Part shown: in pieces, positions 14,301-26,300 of the stretch
Numbering within the stretch: position 1 is the stretch's first letter
Layout of the letters: each line of letters opens with the position of its first letter
Assembly: GCA_000934665.2 (NCBI GenBank)
Contig: KZ538731.1
Coordinates: 1 to 50,600 of the forward strand
DNA length: 50,600 nt
Direction of reading: 5' to 3'
Origin: Catajapyx aquilonaris
Lineage: Eukaryota
Program-made: the position numbers and the translations under genes
The notes under the pieces: generated by a model
Seen by the model: the letters and a program-made list of their open reading frames with translations, nothing else
Database searches by the model: none
What the model was told of the DNA's origin: nothing

Positions 14301-17300
14301 AGGTCGCATGAAGGCATCAGAAGCACTCATTTTGATGGAATGTAAAATAGCCAAGCATCAACTGCCAAAAGTGGACCAAATTGTTGTTTGTGTCCATCAT
14401 TCACTCTGATATGGGACCATTCATATTTTTCACCAATTGACGCATAGTTGACCTGAAGACATAAAATTATAGACTATACACCACCGGTATATACGACGCT
14501 GGAAAGTTCATTGCACATGGGCAAGCTACACTTGATCTTCAGATTTAGAGGAATGCAGAATTTATCTCCTTAATCTTTCCAAGTGGAGTAAATAAAACCA
14601 GATCGCTTTCGCATCAGAAAATTGAAGCGCTTCCGCCTTGTATTTCCCATAGCAATGGTTGAGTAAGAGAGCAGTGAAGTACCTATTCGTGAAGGCCGGG
14701 ATTCCATAGCCCCTTTTTTGTTGTTTCCCTTTCTTCTGGCACGTTTGTATACCCCTTTTCCCTGCCCATATAATTGCTAACATTGGCCAAATCGGACAGT
14801 TGGCCAGCTCTGGAGAGAAGAGGAAAAAAGCCCGCGAAAAAAACCTGTCCCCTTGGAAGTCCAGCTCGCATCCACGGTTCATTGGCTGCCCAAAGGCTGC
14901 TGCTCCACTTCGGCCTGGCAAGCCAGCACAGGCATGAAAATTGGCTAAACCAAACAATGTGGTGCTTCTGATGACTGAGACCCGTTTTCACTTTTGTGCA
15001 GAACCGGTGATATAAGCTGTTGACACCGACCAGCTGTGATATGCTATAAACGCCTGACAATGGACTTCCTGCAAGGTCCACTCCAGCAGGACCTGCAACT
15101 CTAGTTTAACCGGGAATGACGTCCTTCGGTAACGCTTTTCATGGCCAATAAAATCATGAAAAATATTTCGAGTCTTCGCCATGAGAACATCGCAGCACTT
15201 TAACGGTACGCCTTACATGATGCAAAATTCTGTACAGAGGACACCCACCCTTGTCACATTTTCTTCACAATACAACGCAACTCCAAGGCTTTGCGTAACA
15301 GCCTGTGGCTATACGTGAAGTAATGCCAGGAATGGTAATACAAAAAAGTCCATATATCGACTGTACTTTCATTCTCCCTTTACCAGCAGCCAACAGTAGA
15401 ATTCCAAAATGCGCGAAATGAGCACTCGAATTAATCTCGCCAGTTGGCACATTATTTTGGCCTCGCATTCCAGACTCGGGAGGCGAAGAAACTAAATGAG
15501 GACACTCTTGCCGGCGGAGGTGAAACAACACCCACAAGCATTACACAAAATACGACCGACTCAACAATCGGAAATAAGTTATTTAAACAGGAGGGAAAAA
15601 AAATAAGCCAGTTTGCACTTCCTCAACCCTTACGCCCTCATTAAGCGCAATATTTCCCCTTGCAGACAATGACCAGACATCAATTAAAAACGACTCGTCA
15701 GAATAAACAGGCAGCATCCCAGCTTTCACCCTAACGATACAGGCTCCTTTCTAAAGTATAAAGAAACCATCTTCCCATTGAGACGTTGCGTTTACGATCA
15801 ACCAGTTTCTTTTCCTCCCCCAACTCATACCAAAATTTTGATCATCGCGCTACTTTTGGTAACAGGCCCCATATTTCACAGGTTAAGCGGCTCAAAAACT
15901 GGTCCCATAATGTAAAGGGCTGGTAAAACCGCACGTAATGCTCGAATTGGACGCCGCAACCTTCGCGCTCTAGTTAGCGCCGCCGCCTCGGCGCTAAATA
16001 TGCCGTCCAAAAAATACATGAACGGACGAAAAACAGCGCAACATGGGAGCCCTACGTGCAGAATAGTTTACGTGGAAGAGGTAACATGGGGGGCTGGGTC
16101 CTCACGCTCTGATGCCATACCGTTCAAATTCCTCCGAATTATTTCTTTCCGCTCCTGGTAAACTAAACGCTTGCGTTACAGGGTTGTACTCTGTGCACAT
16201 TTTATGTGTGATGACCAGCAAACCGTAATAACTGTCTACCTTCATCCAGGGATGCGGATCAATCAGTATATAAAAATTTTGCTTCTTTTTCCTGTTTTGA
16301 ATCACAGCCTTCCGGTTCAAATACTTGCGACTACTTGCAGGCTACAACGCATCACTAGTGTATTACCTGCGGCAATGTCCAGCGATACAACATGAAAACA
16401 AGTCATTTCATTTCTATCAGCAGAGTGATAAGAGGTCGAGGTCCAAGAAAAATATTGTTCTCCATCTCCGGTGAGAAAATTCGTTTCCTCAAATGAATGA
16501 CAGTGTGACATCTCATCAGGTCTAAACTGCAAAAATTTGGCGAACACTTTACCAAATGTACGAATAATATGTACAGAAAATACTGAATATGCTTCCATAT
16601 AGGCATAGAGCTGCATCCAGTTTCCACTGCAAAGTGAAAATGACGGGATTATGTGTGTCAGGACAACTTCTTAGGACCGGATGGACTGCCGGCGGAGGCC
16701 TACATAAGGTAAGTAATATTTACATACATGAGTGCGTGTGTGCTCTTGGCCTTCAGGTGGGGGAAAAATGATGGCTAAAGGTTAGTGTCCGTCGTACAAA
16801 CGCAATTGACCGGAAGGAAACTACTGAAGAATGGCCCTTTTGAAATTTTCCGTCACGCGATAATGCAAACCAACAATTTTCCTTACAAAAAATTGCGTCT
16901 CATCCTCGCCCCTCATCACATCGGACAACCTGCACCCCTAATTAGCATGCTGGAACATCCCAAGTCAGGAGCCAGCACTAGAGCACAAGTTCAACGACAG
17001 AAACCTGGAGGCCACTCAACCTCGGTCAAATTCTGCCCAACAGAAAGTGGAACAAATACTCTTGCTACGAATACACCTGGCAATTCCCAATACTATCCAC
17101 ACCTCTCATACATAGCCTTACACTATTTGCACTCAATCGTAACACTGCATGGTTCACCTGCCATACCATAACAAAGTTCAAAGTGGTACACCCAGAGGGA
17201 GCTCCTGCATCTCCCTCAGCAATTCAACAGCGGAGTAACAGATGGCGAGATAGTTCGGCAACTGTTTTCCTTATCTCGTTTCTTCGCACCTTACCTCGCC

Positions 17301-20300
17301 CAATATTCCTCTAATGCTGATTCAATAGGAGGATCCTCGCACAGGGCTAGTGTGGGCCTTAGGCGTAACGAGGATGCCTCCTCCACATGGGTGTCTCTTA
17401 AACGCCCCATATCTGGATCCCTCGTTCTCCTTTTTCCTTCCCAGAACATGCCAAAAATAACGCAATTTCCCCTCATGTATAATTGCAATGTCTTCAGACA
17501 ATGTGCGATTGTGTGCGGAAAAACCTATACTATGCACAGCAGCGAGCATACCTCATTACGACACGTGATTGGGCGCAATCTTTTACAGCACAGTGTACAA
17601 CAAATAAATGTATAGCACACTGGTATAGCCTCAATTGCAAGGACCACTGAAACAAGATGTGTTACTGGTGAAAGTAGAAAATTACTGTCCACATGTAATT
17701 ATTAATTTTTGAACGCAATAATACGCCTAGTAGCCTCGTAGCGCTTTCCCCAATCATGCGTTTTTTTACTCATTTCGTGACAATAACGCGCTACTTTATA
17801 GGAGCCACGTGTATAAAGACTTGTTCCACAAACTGACTGCTGCACTTACTAACACTCGTTAAGATCCAGCATTAGAACTACAGACATAACCCCCAATAAA
17901 AAGTCCTTCTTTCACTCGCCACTTTCTCACCGAGGTTAATTCGTGTTAATGGCATTCGAGCGAAAGTGAGATGACAATTTGGGTGAACTCTCCCAATTTT
18001 CATGAATAACTAACCATCTAGCGGGAAGGCTGACGAAGGTCGCTTCCGTGTGTCCTTCGCATCCAAGGATTTTTTTTTTCCGTCAAAGAATGCACTGAAT
18101 AATGGATCAAGACATGTGTTCATGAGGCAAACATTAGCAACATTCTCGCCTCAACTGTATTTGTGCGTCACCGCCTGTTACATGGCAACACATGGCAAGA
18201 CCTAACCGTATAAATGGCAAGTACCAGGTGCTGTATGTCCGCAAGTGCGTTGTAACATTATTTCCGCGATTCAACAGTCGTTGTGTCAGGTCACTATGAA
18301 CAATGCCCATTCTTTGTTCCGGAGGTGATAACTATTGACTTCCCAGTGATTTCTTCTGTGTGTATATATCGCCAGATAGCACTTAACCTACTTGCAGTCA
18401 CGTGCAGACAATACACTCTTGTACGACGACACCGCACATTCCACAGCATGTCGCAATTCACCCCCCCCAAATCAGCACAACTCACCACCACCCTCTTCCT
18501 GAACTCTGCAGGCCTTTGGTACACCACCCACTTGAGCATGTCCCATCCACCAGCGATGTCAACAATGCACAACACCAGATCAGCCTCCGAAATGGATTGA
18601 TCCCTTCCAAATAATACCCCCCCACCTATCCCCTTGTTTTCCACAACACACCCCACCGCTTTTTACACACACCGACTCTGGATCAACTTTTCCTCCAATC
18701 AAGGCGGCCCGCTCTGTAATAATGCGTGCGCGCCGAGTCACCGTATGTGAGCGAGTGTGTGTGCCAGTCCTCGCTCCATCAGGTTCACATTCTGGACACA
18801 ATCGTGAACCTTATCGGGATGCTCATCATCCCAATGGGAGGATGTTTGTGGAGGGCCAAAATGAGACGGAAAAAGAGGTGGGACGAGTGTGCACGCGATG
18901 GAGCACCATGTATATGTGTGTGGTACCCCCACCTATATGTCTGGTTTCTTTCTCTCTGGAGGGGGAAAATCGGCCTGCTTGGCATGAGTGGCATCCGATA
19001 TGGAAAGAGTCATTGGCATTCAAGTGGCACTCTGCTGCTGGAGAAGCTTGCCCTGGACGAAGGGCGACATTGCTCAACATCCAATGGGGGTAAGGGTGGG
19101 GAATTTTTGGCGTTAACTGGATGTGAAGTGGCTACTTGGCAAGATGTTTCGCAAGGTCAATGTGAGGCTTCGGTAGGTGGTGGCTGGGCGGCTTCGGGGG
19201 ATCTGCTATTTTCAAGTGTTAATCATTCTATGCAAATATTTCTTACGCCATTGACCAGGTGCAATGAAATGCCTTTGATCTCGTGAGATCAGGGTAATTC
19301 TCACCACACCTCAATTTTTTAGCCACAGTGTATCAAGGCTGGCAACAAATGCTAACCTGCCATATGCAATGATTGAAAACTGCATGTTACCACTTGTACA
19401 CAAAATCATCCTGAGAACAATGCGATTATATCAGCAGCCAAACTTATGGCATCGAAGCCAACCTTATATGGTCGGCTGTTTTGGTGTGGTGCAGTATCTG
19501 ATCAATGTTACTTGATTTACGTCACGTAAGAGTGAATAGTTTCGTTTTTACCGGTTTGTTATATTTGTTAGAAATTCCAGCTTATATGGCTCCCATATAC
19601 TGTATACTTACAAAAATAGGCGTACATTTTGCATGATTATTTGGCGGTTAGAGGGTGTTTCTCTTCCCAAGTTGAATATTCCAAGAGGGGACAGGGGAAT
19701 GGATTATTCATCCATGGCCACACACACAGTCGGTGCATGCGAAAAAAGTAGTAACTATAGTAGGTCGATCCCTTCCGAATAATAAATTTTCCGCTGTTAA
19801 TTTACTGTAATTTTTAATTGTGATATTTCAATATTTATTTTAATGCTTTAGGAGTGTAGGGAAATTGGCAGAAGGAACTGGTAGTCCGTCGACTGCCTCT
19901 GCACATCTCCGGTTATGACATTCAATTAACTACCTCGTTACACTCCGTGGTTCGTGAAATAATGCTCTGCCGGTAATCCGTAAGCCATGTTATCTTCAGG
20001 CTAATGTATTCCGGCAGGCGATAGATTTGTGTGATTACTTCTTGCCACAATTAAACATTATAATTGCAAATTTATTTACTTAATGCAAATATCTGGGCTA
20101 AAAAATTATTCAGCCTCTGACCTTCAACAGCAACATGATACTTTCCCTGCCGCTCACACCCGACAGCAATTTAACGACCTGTTACGCCAATTTTTCACTT
20201 TTCTGATAATTTGTATGTAGCTATAACGTATAATACCAGAAAATGGCATTGAACAGTTTCCTCATAACCACGAAAAATATAGGCGTCTACTCTAATCTCA

Positions 20301-23300
20301 ACTATTAGGATATGATTTCACCGCGAAGGACTTCCCCAAATGGCATTGCAAATACAGGAATCCGATGTGCTCATTAAGAACACTGATTTATTATTCCACC
20401 TTGAGTCATGCGATTAAAACAAGAGCACGCCGGTTATGACCTTCTAATGCGCAATGTTATTGCATGAAAAACGAGCGTCATGGGAGTCTTCTTATCCCAA
20501 TTCCTACTGAAATAACCTCTCCGCGACCCGTGACCATCAGGTCAATGGCAGCAGTACAACACGTTAAAAGTGGGAAGACTACACCTTCCTAATTACCGCC
20601 TTCCCCCATTTCAAAATGCATAGGTTAGACAACCCTTGAAAGGTCATTGAACATTCGGCGGAAGCTTGCCATATTTAACCTCGCAAGTATCCAAATCAAC
20701 AGCTCCGCTTTGGTGACTATCCTTCCGGTTTGTTTCTCAAGTCGTGCTGAACTTTGACCACGACTGGCCATTTGTACTTCCACGAACTGGCTCGTAAGAC
20801 CGCCCGGAATCTGTGGTCACAATTTCCCAGAATTTCAAGGTATGCGGCTCCCACGCCAAAAATTGCGTAATGGTCGCAATTTACTTAAGAAACGCGTGAC
20901 AAAAAAAATTACCGAATTGTAGGGGATGTGAACACACCCGTATCGGAAGAAGGTTTTGTTCCTCATTCCTGACGCCCATATTGCATCCAGTTTCGAAAAG
21001 CAACTTCGACTAGTAAATTCCCCCAGGCCACAATCAGCGAAATCTGTAACGCTCAAAAAATCCGCTCAATGAACACTTTCTTCGAGTAAAAGCTGACATG
21101 TGCGCGTCCAGAGATTTGAACCATGTCCGCCAAAGGCCGCTGCTGAATTTTCAACTTCAATCCTGAGCAGAACCCAGTGAACCAGTCATCTGTGTTTCTA
21201 TATACTCCCAAGCCCTTTGATATATCCAAAATCTGTATTAATTCAAACGGCAACTTTTCCCCCCCGATTCCCACCAGTTTTTCTCTCCAGACAACGCTAA
21301 TTCCGGTCCAGCGCCCGTTCATACTTGGTCGATTGCCTGTGAAAGGCAGCGTGAAGATTCAGGTTGGTTGTGCTCAGACACTTAAAAAAAATTTTTTTTT
21401 TAAAAAAAAGCTCTTACCTCAGCAATACTAGCGGATCTGTCAGACACTAATTAGCATTATCTCTACGGAGAACCGTGCATTGAAACACACGACGCGTGGG
21501 TTACAACCTACCTCAGGATCATGCGAAGAATTTCAAACATACTATCAATATTAATAATAATACGACTAGCCTCTAAAGTACGTGCAAAATTACATCTTTC
21601 GTGAACGTTATAATCCGGTATTATTAATGCTATGCAGTTCTCCTCTGCATTCATAAGTTGCGCTGCATGTTGATGACCCAGTGCTGGCTGACTCCAAGGA
21701 TGAATACTGAGATCGGTTTTTCCCACGTCATCTCGTAAACTAAGCTGCGTGCGTAAGATAAACCATACACTTTCTGATCAGCTCATCAGTTATTACCCGG
21801 TATGAAATGTGAGTTTACGTAGCGACTAATCACGACGAGACCATGGATCAGCACGACACGACTCTTATCTGAAACGCAGCATCAAATGAGGTGTGACTCC
21901 ACAACACATGAACCTACCATACTTTGTGATGCGTTACTTCATTCGAGGCCGAACAACAGTCATAATAACATTGGGTTTTGAGAGCCTCTAAAGCGACAAC
22001 TTACTGATGATAAGCACACTGTGTCAGAAAGCTAAATATTAATTCTAATTCTTGCATGCAAAATAAATCCGGTTCGTATAAGGCACATCCTTAAATAATA
22101 CATCAGTGTACCAGCAGTATTCCGTACGCGTTTAAAATAAATTTCAACGGCACTGCATTAGCTGAACTTTTTTTAAAAATCGGATAAGCCACACCTTAAC
22201 TGGCATTAGAGTTCCACTGTACTCAAACAATAACGTTAAAGTCGTTGTTTCTACTTTTTTATTGCTATTTTAATGCTGGCATGATGTTTTTTTTACGTTA
22301 CCCCGTGATAAGGCGGAGCCTTTTTAGGGCGGGGGCACACCACCATCAGTTTTCTAGTAACTGTGTACAATAATTTTTCTTCGCTCACCGGTGCAAGGAG
22401 GCAGGGACATGGGTAAGGATAGGGATTTTTGAGGAGGGAACATGTGGTGCAAGTGCAAGGTCAGTAAAGGGGTCATGTGCTGTTCCCCAGGAGGTTGGTG
22501 GCATAATGTTCATCAGATATGTGACATACTCAGCCTTTGAATAGTACTTCACAAACCTTAGCTGCGTTGCTCGCATACTGTTGACGGTCATTGTTGTCAA
22601 TTGTAATATCACATTATAAGGCTGAATACCTTATAAGGCGAGGTATGGTAGCATGTGATCCTGTTTTATCCTCCACAGACAAATGATACCTCTCAGGATC
22701 ACTATAGTGATAAGCAGGTTCTACTCGTAAATTTTTTTCCCCCCCTGGTTGCGGTTGGACATTAGTCGTTGGGACCCCATGTCATACATCTGATCTCTTT
22801 CCCTTTGCACAAAACTTACGAAATTTTGATTTTTCTGCAAAAGGCAGCAACGCAACTGGTGACAGTTAATAGACTGCCCCATTTGACCTCGGGTATGAAT
22901 AGATGTTATGCAATGCTCTCAAATATTTTCATGCAACTTCAAACGCATCTCGGGGTTGACAAGTTGTTACTACGTGTGAGAAAAATCTGTATAATTCCGG
23001 AAAAATCCATAATACTGTATAACGCAGATCGTTTATCTATGACTGACATATCTATCGCCTGATACAGGGATCGAGATCTGATCCCACGAAGTAGCAGGCC
23101 ACCACTGCAATGTCACCAAGTGTCGCCCGCAACATGTATACGCTATCTAATCTAATGAATCCTCCAGACTGCCGCAATCTATGTCAATCAAAACTACACC
23201 CGACGTGCTCTGTGAATATTACTTTCAGGATTACCTCCCCCACCAGATTACGCCAAGCTTCCACACTGCCCCGAGAGGGAGCTCCACATACAAGTACTGC

Positions 23301-26300
23301 GGCCGGTAAAAAGTGGTGAGCAACACAGTGGCGTCACCTTCCCTGAAACTCACGAACCAAACAAGTTTTACGCAATTCGGCTACACAGGAGACAGGACAT
23401 CTGCATAACTTTTTACCTAGTTTTTACTGTACATCTACTATTCAAACCTGTTCGCAAATGGCATAATACCACCGATATATTGTCCTAGCGGGCATTATTT
23501 TGCTCCAACACATATTTACACAGTACAGCAACACACGCCGACTTTTTCTTAATCGCTCAAGTCCTTCGCAAAGCAATCCGGCGCCATTTATCGCAAAGAT
23601 AAACACATGGGGCAAACAACAATCCCAGATTAGCCGTCCAGTCCGATTACCCCCGTTCCAAAATAAGTGCTTCCTCGTCCCAACCCCGAAGAACTTCAAC
23701 GTCAGAATGGAACACAATCATTGCTCCCGAAATTGATGTCGATCTCTGGCAACAATGGTGCATTTGCTCTTCAATCATCTAAGCAACGGATTCCCTCCTC
23801 GTCTGGCTGGTTGGCTAGATGACTGGTGCTCACACCTGAATTGCTCCTTGATAAGAGAACCTGCCGCAGGAAACGAGGCTGGGAACCGAAAATGAAACAT
23901 TCCCTCCCGAAAAGGTCAAGGCGAGAGAAGCCTATCGGAGAAAGTTTCACGGGAGCTCCATTCTTTAGCTCAATGGAGAAACTGACCTGACACCTGCCAT
24001 TTAAAAGGATTAANNNNNNNNNNNNNNNNNNNNNNNNNNNNNNNNNNNNNNNNNNNNNNCACCCCCATCTTTGCACCAAATAATTATCTCGCCTTCCGAA
24101 TCCAGGCTAGATTATGCTTGGATCACACACGACACAATTGATTATCGCAAGTGGGATTTTATATTTGGGTTGGGGTTAGACGTCTTTCAGAAATAGTTGT
24201 TCCTATGTGGAATGTCCCCAAGGCGAAGTGAAGTGGGACTTAACAGGGATCACACGGTATTTATGGCTGTACTTTGAGATATGCCCAGACAATGGGCGCC
24301 ACTCGCATTTGACATTCGACGGGCTGCCCAAATACCACTCTAACTGCCAATGCTTCCTGTTGCCATTTTTTTTTTTACTTCTCATTCTAACATTTTTATC
24401 ATAGTAATTGCACCGCGACAATGGGACGTAAATACCGCATTTCAAAGGCAGCAGGCCACAAATTGCTTTTCTCGCACATGTTCGCTTTGTCAACCCCTTC
24501 AGCACGTCATTTTTCTTCCCATACATTAAAAAAGGTTTCAGAGCACGTCTGAGAGTGTGGAGGGAGAGGGAGACTAGTTCATTCATAAGTACCTCGGACA
24601 TGGCTCGAGAGCAACACAAACTTCCCTCGAATAATAAGTTCCTATAAATACCTTGGACTTACGTATCCGGCTCATATATTCATGGCCGCCATTAGCTACA
24701 CCAAGCATCGTATCATTGCAAGATCATCATCAGCTCCGTACCCTTTGGCCTACAAATATGTGCTGGTCAACAATATTGATGCCGAAAAGATGAAGCACTG
24801 AATCAACTACGCATAAACTAATCTGCCATAATGTCAAAAATGACCCAATCTGATGTTAAAACTAGAAGCATCGCTGTATCCAATCAACCTGGGGCTATAT
24901 TAATCCCAATCGTGTTTACTGTAAGTACATCATTTGCGTAAATATGTCCCACAAGCTATACTGCACCAATTCGAATCAAGTTCAAGTGCAACCGATCGCT
25001 AATCAATTAACTCATCTCGCCTCAGGAGACACTTAACCGTCGATTTCCCGACCTTCACATCCCCGTGATTTTGTAACTGATACTGAATGTCAGCCCCCCC
25101 CCCCCCCTGACATCCCTTACGTCACAACCAGGTAAATTACGCAGGCCCCACTCTACCATGCAGCATCCACATGTCCCCAGCAACTGCGCCTCCAACACCA
25201 CACACCAACACGAAACCCAGCATGTGGAGAAAAAAAAAAAAATCCCGTTCGTGTAACCTGAATACACACACCGTGCAGCCACGATATTTACGGAAGCTGC
25301 TTGTTGCACCTCTTCCTGCGACTCCTCCCATTTCTGCCTCTAAATCTGCTCTCGTTTGGGACATTTCCTAACTCTCTATTGTTGTCCATAAGGTCACATG
25401 TGCCTCTAGGCACCTCCCACGGTGCATGTGGCTAATTGCTAACTGCGCACGTCTGTCACTAACAAACCAGATAATTATATAAGAATATTTCCCTGCAATA
25501 TGATGTGCAAGAGAGGCACCTGCAGGGGTGGCTCTGCATGTATATTTTATGTAATGGAGGCCCCCTGACGGAGAGGCAATGCACTTCTCGATTCGCTCTA
25601 TTGCTTCCATATGGCTGTGATTATCACTATAGGATGGGACGAGCAAAGGTCAATTTTTTTTACCTACTATTACTTGTACTTATCGATCTACTAAAAAAAG
25701 TGGCGCATCAGTTCAGATGGCAACATCGCACAGTGTGATTGGCCACGGACACTTCGTGCTGCAATTGTGCCCAAATTACCTCAAAAAAAGAGGGTCGCAT
25801 TTCCGCGTTTTCAACAAATCAATGCCTTTTGGAAACTGAGGTCAGAAAGGACCAAACATCTAGCAATTTTCCGCGTACCCTCGCCAGGATTCCTCTTACA
25901 TTTTTTTTTTCTTCTATCCTGCAGGAAACAGCCATGATGCATGTCCCGAACTCATTAAAATGGGCGATCACGCTACTTCGCAGAGGGTCCACACAAGGGT
26001 CCGAAGGGAACTCAATGCTCTCAGGACCTGGCCTGAAACATAACCCCTCGAGACGTTAGCCATCAAAGGAAAAATCGTGAAAGCCTGGTGTTGACACTCT
26101 AGATTTAACGCTGATCAAACAGTTTCACCTACGTACTGCCCGGACTACGAGGCAAAAAAAATCACTTGCTGAGGACACTATCCAGTTCCTTATGCAATTA
26201 AACTGAGAAATTAGTGTAAACTGAAAATATAGGCCGCACGTGCTTGTAAACCTTGCGCAATAAACCGGTCGCCCTTGAAATTCCCCAACTTGTAAACCAA

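Noticed and set aside
18722..19286. Overlapping 123-186 aa plus-strand ORFs
   Set aside because: No recognisable family; ORFs in several frames fit a GC-rich promoter-like region upstream of exon C.
23771..24079. Minus-strand ORF spanning the N gap
   Set aside because: Crosses an assembly gap, shows no recognisable homology, and no compatible exon partner was identified.
25780..25800. Further phase-0 leader MRPSFFE with donor GAG|GTAATT
   Set aside because: Too short and no other support; expected by chance in 23 kb.
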